Positions 15,990-35,231 of a stretch of 64,000 nucleotides of DNA are shown in pieces (the stretch's first letter is position 1; each line of letters starts with the position of its first letter). Location: the NCBI RefSeq assembly GCF_009914755.1, contig NC_060945.1, one strand, 5' to 3'. The DNA is from the human T2T-CHM13v2.0 reference genome, Homo sapiens. Below the pieces are notes generated by a model that ran no database searches, was not told the origin of the DNA, and saw only the letters and a list, made by a program, of their open reading frames with translations. The position numbers and the translations under genes were made by a program.

Positions 15990-16390
15990 TTTTTCCATTT
16001 GCTATTGCTGTGTAATGAACCAAAACCTCAGTGGCATAAAACACTAGTCATTTATCATCACCCACGTATTTGCATGTTTACAGGGCTGGCTTGGTCTTGG
16101 CTGATCTGGACTTGGCGCCTCTGATCCTGGTGTCTCTCATCCTCCTGGACCCACTGGCTGACTGGATATGTTCCTATCATGGCATTGGCAGAAGCACAAG
16201 GGAGAGAGCCCGACCCCACAAGTACTTTCCAAGGTCCTTGACTGAGTTGTGCCCACTAATAGCCCGTTAACCAAAGCCACAAAGTCACCCAAATTCCATA
16301 GGCGCACCCAAAGCCGAATGGCAGGGCAGCTATGGGGGAGGGGAAAGGGGCAAATATTTCTGAACGGTCATCTAATCTTCCCAGCGTGAG
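15990..16390 (-). mobile_element. old MLT1 LTR
   Basis: gctattgctgtgtaatgaaccaaaacctcagtggcataaaac... is a reverse MLT1 3' end. Confidence 0.6.
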
Positions 16391-16429
16391 AGAGAGAGAG
16401 GGAAAGCTTAAGAGAAATAAGATGTTTTG

Positions 16430-17340
<911 letters not shown>

Positions 17341-17809
17341 ACGCAAGGAGCCCCTAGAGTTAAATAGAAAGTAGGAGCAGGGTCAGCATCGCCTCCACCA
17401 CATCTCAGTGCTGTTCCAGTGAACAAAGACATACCTTGCAGGAAGATTTGTGGGGGGTGGGGTCTAGGTGCCTCAGCAGACACCAAATGGGCTGGAGGAG
17501 ACAAAGCTGACAGGCAGATCCACTGATCGCCACATGGTAGGAGGGAGATAGAACTCTCCTCGCCTCTTCTCCCCTCCCCAGGGGCAGCTGCCATCAGTGG
17601 ACGCGTTGAAAGGACCAAGCCCCCATCTGGAAGGGCTGGAGGGGAGAGGGATTGGGAACGGTGAAGTTGCAAGGAAGGAGATCTGGGTGATAGAAAGTTC
17701 TGGAATTGTAGGTGTTTGCTGCTAAGAGGTGTCTCAGTTTGGTGGGCAGTTCAGCTCCTAAACTCCATGAGCTTTGGAGTTCTGGAGGTTTGCAGGACTG
17801 GGGGCGGTG

Positions 17810-18005
17810 GTACAGTGGAGCAGGTTTGCCCAGGTGCCAAGTGTACACATCTCAACTCTGCTTAGTGACATTCTGTCAGGGGCTCAAAATCAGCCACGGT
17901 GGGAGTATTTACACCATGGAAATCAGTAAAAGCCAAAAATCAGGGCTCTCTTTTATCTCCACCTCAGGAGAGCCTGTTGTTAGACTTTTATATCACACCA
18001 CTGGC
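17810..18005. mobile_element. hAT MER63-like DNA element
   Basis: aaatcagccacggtgggagtatttacaccatggaaatcag...gagagcctgttgtt...cacaccactgg. Confidence 0.55.
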
Positions 18006-18669
18006 TGGAAGGAACTTTTAGCTTGGAAATCCTTAATTGATGAGCTCCAGGCCAATCAACTGAGGGTTCAGAAGCAAAGGAAGGGAGCTGACATAGAACT
18101 GAAGCTGCAGGAAGGAAGGCAAAGCTACAGAGAGTGAGCATTTGGCTGGAAATTCCTGTCGGGTCTATCTCCAGAACCCAGGAGGGGAGGACATATGGAC
18201 ATAAGAGGCTGAGGCCGTTTATGTGCAATGAGTTCTTAAGCAGGTCACTTTTCTAGCCCACAGGGCTTGTTTTATTGCAGGACCAGGCAATTTTTTGAGT
18301 TCCCTTCTAATGCTAACACGTATGAGTTTAACTATGTATATCTGTACATAGAAATTTAACTAGCAATATGGAAGGAAACCCACAAGCCACACCACTGGTC
18401 CTGTCCACAAGCATGGGTAACATAAAATGAGGTGGATTTATTCATTCGTCAATTCATTTGTTAAATTCGAATTATTTTTGAGACTTGCTGTGATACAGCA
18501 TCTCTCTTCCTAAGCATTGTGTATGATATTAAGAAAATTTGCCAAAGCTCACTCCCTACCCACCATCCCTACCTCTCCTCTCTCCTGCCCGGTACCTCCA
18601 ACATCTGGATTGCACACCAGAGGGTATGGGAAAGCAGAACAAAACCAGATGAGAAATCTGGAAGTCAGG

Positions 18670-19074
18670 TGTAGCAGATGCTGTCAATGTCCCATCAATA
18701 TCCCCTGCTCTGCAAAAAGCCCTTCAAGATGCTTCTTTCGCTGAGGTCTTTTTCTGGCCTTGAGGCCACATTTGGCCTGCGTGCACAGTGAACCATGGAG
18801 GTGGTACAGTGTTCACGCCCCTGGAAGCAGCTTCAGGCAGTGACGATGGGAACTGAGGAGCCCAGCCCTGGTTGTTCTTCACTGTCCCCCAGAGTCCCCA
18901 GAGAGCTGAGCTCATTTCCCACAGCAGTAACTAGCTTGATAACCCATTTTTTACTGGCTCTCTCCCCTTCCCCACTCCCCTACCAATGTTTCCTGCTATC
19001 AGCTCCCAAATAAATAATTTGCATTAGAATCTTTGTCTCAGAGTGGGCTTCTGGAGGAATCCAAATGAAAACAG
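18670..19074 (+). mobile_element. LTR16-family ERVL LTR
   Basis: Starts tgtagcagatgctgtc; ends aaataaa...tgtctcagagtgggcttctggaggaatccaaatgaaaaca. Confidence 0.65.
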
Positions 19075-19556
19075 CGGGAGTCTAACAGTGGGCTGGGAAG
19101 CTTCAGAAAACTGCTGGACTTCTCTGAAACTTGCTTTCCTCTTCCATAAAGTGGGTTCCCATAAGACTGTCTGTCCCTTACCCCTCTCACAGAGAGGAGG
19201 CAAGGTGGCATGAGGCAAGAGGTGCGACAGGGCCTGGGAGAAGCCACAGCACCCACGGTGGGGACATCTTATGCTGGTTTGGAAGATGTTAGATGTCTCA
19301 GAGAAAGACAGACTTTATTCCCCGGAGAGCTTCTGAGAGGGTAAAGACATATTTGACCTAAAGTGGTTTTGGAACTGGATCTTACCCCAAAATAGAGAGA
19401 ATGAGAGAAAGGCAGGAAGGCAGACAAGAAGGAACGGAGGGAGGGAGGAAAGAAAGAAAGAAAATAGAAAAATGAAATTTGTATGATTTTCTCATTTTAC
19501 AACCCAACAGAGTCACTGGCATTTGGGGACTGTCCTTAAAAGATTTGGAGAATGAA

Positions 19557-19900
<344 letters not shown>

Positions 19901-20549
19901 TTATGCTGAAAAATTGAAATAGAGTCTTTAATTTTCCAAGTCACAGAGCTACAAACATGTACAGATAAAACTGACAGGATATATAAATGTTAGCAAACTT
20001 CCCCCTTTAAAAAAGAGAATTCTCTTTGTCAACATTTGTTCTCATATCAACAAATTAGGGAAAGGACCTAAACGTTCAATTAAATACTCTTTGGATCAGA
20101 AAACCACGGAGAGAAACGTGTGGCAGTCCCAAGTGTGTTCCTGGTTTACCTCATTGTTTCTGAGCTCTGCAGCCTGACACATACGGTGCGTAATATTATC
20201 CAAACAGCATCACACGCATGTGCCCAAAGGGACAGCCACATCCCCAGTCCCGGCTCTGTGCCTTATTTTTAAAGCTTTGGGGCTTTTTCAACATTATTTT
20301 TGCGCTGTAAGGGAAGAATGAAGGGGCAGGGGGATGGGAAAAGAATTGAAAATAACCAGTTTCAAACATGCCCCTAACTCACACGCCAAAATATGGCTTT
20401 CTAATGAGAGGACTGCACAGCACAAAGCTGTGGCCCCAGGAAAGTGCAGACGTTATGGGTACCCCCGTTCATACCGCAGCAGAACGATGAGTGCACAGCT
20501 GGTGAGACACCCCACTTGCCTCAACTTCTAGAAAAACTGGAGCGATTCA

Positions 20550-20951
<402 letters not shown>

Positions 20952-22469
20952 TTAGGACGGAAGGATTAGAGGGAACAAGAAGCAGGGAATGCACCCGTCG
21001 ACACCACCCTGCTAACACTTTATGCGTTTTTTAAAGTTATTTTCTTTTTTAATTCTTAAAAGTTCACACTGAGCCAGACAAGTTTCAATCCCATATAAAT
21101 TCAGATGATGAATCCACACAAAGCTCCGGAAGATTTGCAATGGAAATGGCCACCGGCCCTTAACTACAGAGCCCAATGCGACACTTGCAGCGTGTCTGAT
21201 TTGGAATTCAAATTCCACTCAAGACAATGGTCCTTTATTAAGTTTCTGACATTCATACCTTGCCTGCTGGCTGGGCCATTTCTCACTGACCACTTATCCT
21301 GGGAGGCATTCTAACTCTTCACCCAAACACGTTAAGAAGGTGAACTGACCAAAGGGAACCACCCAAAGAGATAAAATGCTGTGCAAAACTGAGTCTGACA
21401 AAGCCCCTGCTCTCTGCCTCACGCCATCCTTTGCTGGCCACACCCATTTGCCTTTCCGAGCCATGAAACCGAAAGGGTTGTCTCTGTGGCTGAGCCAGGT
21501 ACCTGTTGACCACCCTTTCCCCCTCTCCAGTTCATATCCTCTGCTGCTGTCAGTGACACATGCTTCCTGGCTCATCTGGGTGGCCCAGCCTCATTAGGAA
21601 GGGATTTGGTGCCTGTTAGTTAATTGAGGCCCGTTCCTGCCACCTGCCACTCGCAGGCCTCATCTGCACACTAACTGCTTCTAATTGTCATCATACGGCA
21701 GGATCCCCGCAACAACTTGAGAACAGATCCCGAGCAGCCCGTGCAGGCTCCACGACGGTCCAGGGAGCTGAGGCTCAGGGAGCATCGGGCACTGTGACGA
21801 TTTAGCAAGGGGCCAGATGTTTGGAAAAGAAAGGCACTTTGCATCAACATCAGTGTGAAAGTTTCTCATTTATTATACTCCCCGGTGCCACTTTATAGCT
21901 AGGATGAATAAAAGGCTTCATCTGTACAGAAACCAACTCAATGGAGAACAAATGGCTCAGCGTCGCAGACTGCACATCACGCAGAAATGGTGCGGCTTAT
22001 CCACGCACAACTGGAGCCGGCGCATTGGCTTAACTTCTCCTATTGAGAAGTCGGAATGTGTTTAGGATATCAGAGCGTACCCCCACACCCTGTTTTGAAA
22101 GAGTTTGAGTAGAAAAAGGTGCAGAGGTGAGTGCCAAAAGCTGATCAGCCCCTTGAGGTTGGAGAGGGGAGTCGGGGAGGAGACACAGGATGACACAGAA
22201 GGAGAAAGTCAAACACACTCAGAGACCTGAAGGGAAAAGAGACGGAGGGAAAATGTACCATCCAGTGGAAGAGTCGGAAGGGGCTTTGGCGTAGGTACAG
22301 AATACATATCTGAGGGAAATGGAAATACATTCAAGACACAAGCTGTGAGGACTAAGGAGAGAGACAGTGAGAAAGGGGAAAGGAGAGTCTGTCATTATAG
22401 GAAGTCACAGGATTTAGGGGCTCAGGAACCACATCTGGAGGGAATCAATCTGGACTTAATAGAAATTAG

Positions 22470-22812
<343 letters not shown>

Positions 22813-23264
22813 TAGTTTTGGTTTTTAAACTACAATCATAACCCCAGCCCACCTCCCCGGGAGTCGAAGCCCCAGGGTCTCGGGATGCCCCATCACTGGG
22901 GTATTTGTCCGGTCTCTTCCCCTAAAACTGGGAAGTATTTTTTGCCTAGAGATTTCTAAGTCATGTCTGCTTATGAGTCCTTTCCTGCTGGATGAAGGAA
23001 TGGAAAGAAATAAGGAAAACCTGGGATGAACCTAGGAGGGACGTGGCACCAGAGAAAAAGAAACAAGAATGAGAAACGCAACACCCAAAAGGCTCAAGTG
23101 TGGAATTAAGGGTGAGACATATGGCTTCGTCGCCACAGATTTAGCCAATGGATAAAAATATGCCCCGAGACAGGTTGCAGCAATGTCTCCTCACTCCCCC
23201 ATCTCTAAGATTCCAGAAAGAAACCAAAACAAATGGAAAGTCAAAGCCTGCCCTGGAAGGCTCG

Positions 23265-23914
<650 letters not shown>

Positions 23915-23965
23915 GTGTGGGTTTTTTAATAAACCAAGTTCTGAAATTAATGCCATCCTTTCTAA

Positions 23966-24048
23966 CAGAGAGAGAAGGAAGGAAAGGAGGGAGGGAGGGA
24001 GGGAGGGAGGAAGGAAGGAAGGAAGGGAGGGAGGGAGGGAGGGAGGGA
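23966..24048 (+). repeat. (GGAG/GGAA)n purine repeat
   Basis: Direct reading. Confidence 0.9.
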
Positions 24049-24379
24049 TATACCCTGAAATGGAAAAGGCAGGGTGTTGTGAATTGCTTCCAGAAGAGGT
24101 TTCAGAACTGTTACCCACCCGAGTCACCAGCTTCAGAAAAGGGCCCGTTCCTCCAGACTTCCCCAAAGACAACCATCGAGGAGAGGGTAGTCGTGTTGAT
24201 TAAACCCCAGAGAGCCAAGAGAGCAAAGCCACATTTTGCCGGAACACAGCACCTCTTACAAAGACACCTCCATTCTTTTGGTTTCCTCCACAAATATATC
24301 AAGTGATTTTTGAGGAACTAGCTGCCACTGGCTTTCTTCCTAAGTTTTGACGAAGAACAATTTATGTCTTCCCAGAGCT

Positions 24380-24910
24380 CACGCTTCCGCCTCATGCGCA
24401 AAGCCTTAAAATGTCCTTCTGCATAATTTGCTAACCCCAGCACCTGTGCCTCATCTCAGCTTAATTCTGCCCACGATGCAAAACCCAAAGAGCCCTTCTT
24501 TTCACATCTTGCCTGCCTGCTACTGGCTTTCGGGCTCCCCCTCCTCAGCGTCCCTCCCTGGACGTCACTCACTCACTGCCTTTCCCCCCGCTCGCCTCCT
24601 CCAGCCTGGGAACCCGAGGGGCCTAAGTCTAGGCTGCTTCCGAGAGCTGGCAGATTTCAGAGGAAAAAAAAACACACGAGAAAGAAAGAATGGCAGTTTG
24701 ACACTGCACTGTCACAGTTAAAATGGGCCCTGCGCGTGACCCAGGCTTGGACACCGAGGCCTCGTGCCCAATCACAGCTGAGGCTGCATCTGCCACGGTT
24801 CACGGACCCGCCGCTCCATGCTGGGGGACCAGATGCCTCTGTTTACGCCGCTCTCCTCCCAGCCTTCTGCCGGCCGGTCGGCAGCAAGACAGAGCCCGGG
24901 AGCCCGTCAC
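24380..24910. promoter_or_regulatory. CpG-retaining, GC-rich non-repeat patch (candidate promoter/enhancer)
   Basis: Many CpGs outside repeats; gcttccg (ETS-like), tgcgca, ggacgtca (CRE-like) and gcgcgtgac motifs. Confidence 0.4.
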
Positions 24911-25115
24911 TGGGCTTCAGCTGTCTCCCCAGTCTTGTCTTTCAATATATTCTCTCCTCTACCCCTTTTTGTCTCCACACCCCCTTCCCCAAATGGCCAG
25001 AAGGGGTATCCCTCTTTTTCAAGTTTGACCCAATAGAACAAAGCGGAGAAAGACTAACCAGGGCGACTTTGATTCCTGCCATCCTCGAAACAACACAGTG
25101 TTCAAAGATCAGGCC

Positions 25116-25426
<311 letters not shown>

Positions 25427-26452
25427 TCACCATCACCCCATTCTGTTTCTCCACCATCTTCCTGCTTTAAATGTGTCTGTGAGTGCTGGGAATATGGACA
25501 TTGGAAAACCAAGTTGAGATGCCAGCATTTAACCTTTTCAGTTTTATAAAATTGACCCATTTTGCTGGAAGTTGAGGGCTGGGAGAAGGAGTGACAGGTT
25601 TAAAGCCAGCAGTTCACTGCCATCTCTTAAAGGCCCTCAAAATGGATTTGGGGTTTATCTCTTAAGAGACATCTGGGGCACGATTGCCACTCTCTTTTCT
25701 TTCACTGACCCTGCAGCTCAGGACTTGCGCAGAAGGTATGTGTGGGCATCCCTCCCAGACAAGGGGAGTAGAGCACACAGAAGAAAGTGTGTTAGTCCCC
25801 AGAGGCCAAGTGAATTCATGTCTGGGTGCAGAGCAGACCAAGGGCCAAGGGTTGCCCCATACACAGTCTCCCCTGCAGCACCGAGGAGCATCTTCAAAGC
25901 AGACCCAGCTGCCCGTTCTCTGGCTCCCAAAGCACCACACCTTTGGCCAGAGAAGGGAAGAAGGGAAGTTTCCACCGACAGGCTCTCTCATTGCCAAAGG
26001 TGATGGCTGTCCTTCACATGCCAGTGGCCATCCTTGCTGAGGACTCACGCCCTCATCACGGGTACTGAGCACTGCCTCTCCATCACTGTGCTTGTTCTTG
26101 GAAGCATCTGGGATTCGCTTCCTCTCCTCACCTTTCCCTCCCCCAAAGCTCCCCGCATCACACCCCCAGCTCCTGCCACTGGACACTTCTCTTTCCAAAA
26201 TTGAGCTTCAGAATGAACTTTGGCCTAGAAATTATATGACCCACCGTAACAGGTTCTACAGGCTATGCTAAATTCTTTCTGGGCTGGCCTGGAATTCAAA
26301 CAAACATGTGGGGCTGGGTCTTAGGGGTATATGCTGGTAAATGAATCGGGGGCCCCTGCCCTCAAGAAGTTCACAGCTACACCAGCAAGATTGTCACCAA
26401 TTCATCAAAATACAATGTGGCAAGTGGTACACATTGAGAATTACCATGGGGA

Positions 26453-27679
<1,227 letters not shown>

Positions 27680-28135
27680 TCATTCTTTCCACTACTGAGC
27701 ACACAGCATAAGCCAGACGTGGTAGTAGGTGCTGGAGACTCTGACATACGCAGGAAACTATGGGCGTGATGGTATTTTATTGAGGAATATGCTGTGAATG
27801 CCATGTGGCAATTTAGCAAATGAGGCTCTGAAAAGCAGCTCGTTTATAACTTGGCAGTTACTGACATGTGAATGTCAAATACAGACATGCACTTTGCCAC
27901 ATTTAGTCCTTCAGGGTTCGCTGGGACCAGCATGCATTCCACAGGAAACAAAAAAAGAGATCCAGAGGGAAAACGTGTTGCTAATCCAAGTATTTGAATA
28001 ATATTTATCATGCGTGGAGTACATGCAAAGCACCTACTGAATGCTCTTTGTGAGTTAAAGAGGTTGGCAGATTTGAGTTTATGCAAACCAATATAATATG
28101 ACAACATGATATCATTATGTCTATTATATTTATAG

Positions 28136-28719
<584 letters not shown>

Positions 28720-29942
28720 TAACCCCTGCATCTTCCTTCAGATCTGAGAAGTTTCTTGAAGACCATCAGCATCTTCAGTGGGCGACTGGAAGATACACTG
28801 TGGTTACCTGGGAGGCAGCCCAGCCTGGACCAGCAACCCAACCTGCTTCTTCAGAGCAAAACAAGAACTAGGAATCATCTTTTCACCTGGGAAGGAATCA
28901 AGTAAAAAGCAAAATTGAACTAAAGGCAAGGGTGACATAATTTGTATTACATATAAATGACCAGAAACCACTGGTGGCCACAAAGTTTTACTTTGAGCTA
29001 ATAAAACATATGCATGCATCTAGTGTAAATCTAAGAGTCTAAGGATGTTACAATTCCTGATAGGTAACTATTTAAGAAAACAGATGCATTGGTATTAGGT
29101 GAGAGTTCCCTTACATGGAAAGCATTAAAGCTCTACCAGACACTATTTCATGCCTAGAGACTGGTACAGCATATATATTCATTGAATGTTTGTTGAATGA
29201 ATAAATGAATGAATGAAATTCCAGCTGCTCTGATGACTCCAAATATAAATAAGACATGCTTCTTGAAATTTAATGTTTTGGGTGGAAAAGATATGGAATA
29301 AATAATGGTTGAAGAAACTTGAGCTATTTCATCACCCAGTACAGGCTTTAGATCATGGCAAGGCCTGTTTTTCTTCTGCAGATACAGTGTAAGAAAGGAA
29401 AAGAGATGGTGGGGATGGAGGAATAAAAAAAAGAAGGAAAGGAAGCCTGTTAAAGACCCTATTAACTCCATTCTTCCTAGATTTCCAGTATATTCTTCGT
29501 CTGAGATGTCACTTTGCAAATTTAGTTTTAACCTAAAATGTTTTAGCAAAAAATGGTGAACATATTTTGGCAAGATGTCATTCATATAGTTTAAAATAGT
29601 GCTTTCTAGGTATGAAATGACATCTGTGAGAGCCCCACCACTCACAAACCCTAACACACACTTTCCCTTTTGAAAATAATTTCGTATCTGAGTCACAGCT
29701 CCCTGCACATGCTTAACTTAAAGTGACTCCAAAATACGCCATAAATATTAACTAATTAATCCCCATGACAACACAGGGAAGCCCTGAAAAACTCTGGAGA
29801 GTGCCCATGGCCTGGGCAGCAGTGCCACAGCTTGATTTTTAAGAATCTTGTTCTTTCTAGGCTTTCTCTGATCAGGACATCCCTTATTGCCTTCAAAAAA
29901 CAAGACAAAACAATGACAACTCAAGAATGTGGCAGTGGTGAC

Positions 29943-30080
29943 TGCTGCTGCTGCTTCCCTTCCCTCCTCCTCCTCCCTCTTTCTCCTCCTCCTCCCTCTT
30001 TCTCCTCCTCCTCCCTCTTTCTCCTCCTCCTTCCTTCCTCTCTCTTCTCTCTCTCTCTCTCTCCTCCGCCCCACCCCACC
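29943..30080 (+). repeat. CT-rich low complexity, (CCT)n/(CT)n
   Basis: Direct reading; includes a repeated ctcctcctcctccctcttt unit. Confidence 0.9.
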
Positions 30081-31124
30081 AAAAGCAGAGCTGTTTATCC
30101 TTGGTGTTGACTATCAGACCCCGAGCTTGTAATTCAGCACCAAGGACACCTCTCATGCTTTTGGAAACTGCTAGACAGTCTACCCTGTTATAAATTAAAG
30201 CTTTGGTTTAAAGATCACCACGAAAACCAGCCCACCAAGAAAAGTATTCCCTGCCTCAACCATAATTGCAGTGATGACTTTCAGGCAAAAAAGTATATCT
30301 ATATCTAATTATCTATATGTATTGTAATTATATTAATTAATATTTTAATTTATTTTAATTAATTCATAAATCTTAAATATAATCCATACTAAGCAAATGC
30401 CTGCTGAATGTTTGTATTTATAGTATAAAATAAAAGGCTCAAATGTCCAGGTGTTTGGGACCTCAGGGAGTGGCTGAGACCACATGGTCTTCATTTCACA
30501 GATGATGGAGCCAAGCTCCATTGAGACGATGGGATCTGCCTGGATTCCAGGAACTGGGGACTATTTTCTACCGACCACTCCTTCCATTATGTCTTTCACT
30601 AATATTAGGAAATCAGCCTTATGCTACAAGTGTTTTTATTTCCCTCCTGAGAAGCTTTCCCCTGTTGATAATTTTTTTCGAAAGCAGGTTTTTGAAAGAA
30701 CATCTCCTTAGGGATTTATTATAAGTTAGCAACTTATGAAACTTTTGTATCCCCTTCACCCAGCCCCCACTTGTTGTTTATGCCCATTTTGCTTTAGAAG
30801 ATAATAGGTCTTTTAGCTAACGAGCCTCTTGTTAAAAAAGGTAACATAAGTTAGAAAAGGTAAGGTCAAGGGCAGACCTGGGAATAGAAAGAGTGAGACC
30901 AAGAGAAACAAATGGCTCTGCATAATAATAATTAAAAAGTAGGCGCTTTCAGTTTTCTTTGGGTTGGCACAAAAGATGGGCATTACATTGAGAGTAATAA
31001 CCTGAGAATTTTGGAGGTGGACAGGAACTTCATAGGAAGAGTAAAATCCCGGAACCCAGGAGCAGGCTGGGGCCAAGGGCAGTGATGGCTGGTAAAGGAT
31101 GCCCCATGATGAGTTTAAGAGATC

Positions 31125-31570
31125 ATTTTCTCAAAGTGGCCACAGCAATATCTCCATGCCTACAAGCTCTTCCCAAAAGGTGTCACTTTCCATCAATAGG
31201 TGGAGAGTAGGGATCAACCCCTTGAACTTGGGCAGGACTTTTTACTGCCTTGACAAGCAGAATGCACAGTGGAAGTGATGCTACATGATTTCTGAGGCTA
31301 GGTAAACAAAAGCAATACAGTTTCTGCCTGACTCACTCTCTCTCAGGTTGTTTACCTTTCAAACTTGGTGGCCATGTTGTGAGGAAGCCCAAGTGACATG
31401 AGGAGTTCCCGTGGAGGTGTGCTGCTGACAGCCCCAGGTGAGAGCTCAGCCAAGAATCAGCACAACACTGTGAGTGCAAACATGTGAGTGAGTGAGCTTG
31501 CAGAGGATGTGATCCCACCTAGGATGTCAGCATTCAAGACACCCTAGCTGACACTGAGTGAGTATAGGTG
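31125..31570 (+). mobile_element. MLT1 (F/G-like) LTR, 3'-truncated
   Basis: ccccttgaacttgggcagg...gtggaagtgatgctacatgatttctgaggctaggt...gccatgttgtgaggaagcccaag. Confidence 0.7.
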
Positions 31571-32169
31571 AAGAACATTTACAACAGTGATAATAGAAAA
31601 CTTGTCATAAGTTTTTAATTTGTGCTGTAATTACACTCTGATATTCCCAAATCTTCAATAAAAATCCATTGTACAGTAAAACTTCATTAGCCTTATGTTG
31701 GAAATGGTTAAGAAATGAAGGAAAGGGACTGTGTCCATGTTGGGGCAGAGCAGTAGGAAAAGGGTGGCAGGCAGTGTAGCAATGAGGAAACCCTCAGATG
31801 TGATGGAGGGAAAAGCTAGGGGCTAGGGTGGGGAAAGAGGTGACAGGCATTAACCAGTGGAATGCAAGCTCACCCCACTCCCACACCTTCACACACACAC
31901 CAGAAATTTTCAGAAGCAATGAGAAGGAGACTGGATTTCTTTTGAAAACAAGTTTTTAAACTACTGGCTTGGGATGCAATATTGCCAAGGTTTCTGCTAA
32001 AAGGTAGCCATATTACTTGAAAACAGAAGCACAAAACAACCACTGAATACACTGGATTAAGTGAACGTACTAGAAAACCACTACCTGGTAGGAAGAATGG
32101 CTCTGGTGTGGAGGAGTTACTACAAGCAGGTAAATAAATTTTTAAGGAAAAAGGGGAATTTACAAATTA

Positions 32170-32660
32170 AAATCAGATTTGGTTCCCAGTAAGAAACCCA
32201 AAATAAATCACTTACAAAAGATATGTTTATTTCCATCATGTGGGACTCTGAATTCAGACATTCCAGTAGGGGAATGGCTTCTCTATCATCCCCTAGGATC
32301 TATGCTATTTCCAGTTTTCAATTATGCCATTTCTGGAGTATAGCCTTCATCCTCATGGTCCAAAATGGAGCTCCAATCATGTGTACACATTGCAAGCAGC
32401 AGGTGGGAGGAAGGAGGAAAATGCATGAGGGATCTCAGCCAGTAACCTCTTAGAGAAGGTCCTTAGGAGCTATAATTCTTGCTTACAAGAGTTGGACCTG
32501 ACCAATGGGCCAACAATTAGTCACATGACCACACCTAACAGCAAAACAGGCTGGAAAATGTAGTCTTACTTCCAGGAAGTCACACACCTGCCAAGAGTCA
32601 GGAGTTCTAAGGGGTGAAGAAAGGCTTTTTAAGCGAGGCAACCAACCACCTCTGTCCAGG
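32170..32660 (-). mobile_element. old MLT1-type LTR
   Basis: tagtcacatgaccacacctaacagcaaaacaggctggaaaatgtagtct motif. Confidence 0.55.
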
Positions 32661-33966
32661 TGGCCAGGAAGATTAAATGTCCAGGTGGTGTTACATACAG
32701 CTCAACCCTTATCCTACAAAGCATAGTTTCTCACCCACCACAGCCAAGCGAAAGTCATCAAGTGTCTCCTGTTGTTTCCCACGTTCTAAAATTGGAGGAA
32801 AGTTATTGCACAAGTGCCTAAGTAGTGCAGCTGATCCATCTGGAAAGGCTGTTCTTAAACCTTGGCTTAAAACACCTCCAAATTCCTTAAACAGCATAGC
32901 AAAATCAAGAACATATTTTCAAAAGACAATTTAATCAATATCTCTTACATTGAAACACACACACACACACACATATATACACGCGCCTTTTATAAATACA
33001 TATTTTATAGCACTTTTAGAAATGGGGGAAATGTCACGAAACAAAACATCAAGAAGTGAGGGTCACAACTCCATGATGGCAAGAACCACTGCTTCAGGAG
33101 AAAACAAAATCTGTTTTGGTTACTCACTTAAATACCAAAAGTCTGACCAAATCGAACTGCATTTGAAATTTCTGGTGGCCGTTTGCCTTGGATTTTTGTA
33201 AATTTTGATTCACTCACCAGTCCTATTTTGCCTGTAGCATAGAAGAAAATGTAATAAAGCAAGAAGAAGGTCTTTGAAGAGCCATACTTGCTAAAACCAT
33301 GTGTGTGAAAAAGTGGCAGAACCAGGAGTAACCAAAAGGCACCACTCAGTGGCCAGGGTTGCTTTAGTGGCCTTGCTCGTATAGTAAGATCAATATTTCC
33401 ACATGGCCGCGACTCACAGGGTTCCCATGATGGTGGTGGTGGTCATGGAGGCGACTCTCTCATTGCTTCAAATACCCTGACATCTGCAAAGTGCTTTTGC
33501 CACTTTGAGGATTTTTTTTAAATCTAATATAGTTTCATCAAAATCACGAAATTTTTGATTTGCTTCCATTTCTATGAAGGTCACATAGACCCATCTAACA
33601 TTAGGTGGAACTCACCAAGATGGTGTTACTGTTGCCGAACATGGTCTTCATAATGTGGCTACAATTCCTGGCCCCCACCCCCCGGAAAGGTTAACAAGAA
33701 ATTGACAAAATATAAGAAGCCTGGACTTTAAAGAGTTTAACTACACAATACCAGAACAGTCATAAAAACAGATCATCAAATGCTGACTCAAAGGCCTCCC
33801 AGAGTTGAATGAGATGAATAAAAATACAGATGAACTTGTTGATACCATCCCACACTTAGAAACCCTGAGAAAAATGTCTAAGTTTTGGGGGGCTTCAGAG
33901 TTAATCATTTTGGAAACTAGGCATTTTTGCATGTATGCTGTATTCCTTGAAGGCAACTTAACCAAT

Positions 33967-34744
<778 letters not shown>

Positions 34745-35215
34745 CACCAACCATGGCAGGTTCAATGACAATTGAGAAGACACATCTCCCAAATAGATTA
34801 ACTGCAAGACACTCAAAAATAGGGTCCATATTTTGCATGTATTTCCATTCATTTAAATCTGGGTTATTAAAATAAAAGGATAGGATAAAATACTTTGAAA
34901 GAATTAAAATGATTTCACCCAGTTAGCTTTTCCTCTGTGAGTTCAGAATTGAAATAAGACTCCATTCCCATTATTACTTGCAGCCCATAGGACACATTTG
35001 TAGTAACTCCAGCTCATTCCAACAGAATTGGAAGGAACTGCTGTGAATTTTACAGAAGTCGTTGCTCTGTGACAAAGTTCACGGCTCCCTGCACCCCCTG
35101 CCTCCGAATCCCACCAGAAGCCATCATTCCTGATTAAAGCAAGCACTGTCAATTTGGCCGCGGCCCGGGCCATTCCAATCCCCTCTGAAAACATTGCCAA
35201 AACAGATTTCTGACT

Positions 35216-35231
35216 GGGTCACGTTAGGTCA
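35216..35231 (+). promoter_or_regulatory. DR4 nuclear-receptor element (LXR/RXR or TR/RXR type)
   Basis: GGGTCA cgtt AGGTCA in non-repeat, CpG-containing sequence. Confidence 0.4.

Noticed and set aside
29330-29365. HDLKP resembling the kinase HRDLKP motif
   Set aside because: No other kinase subdomains in register
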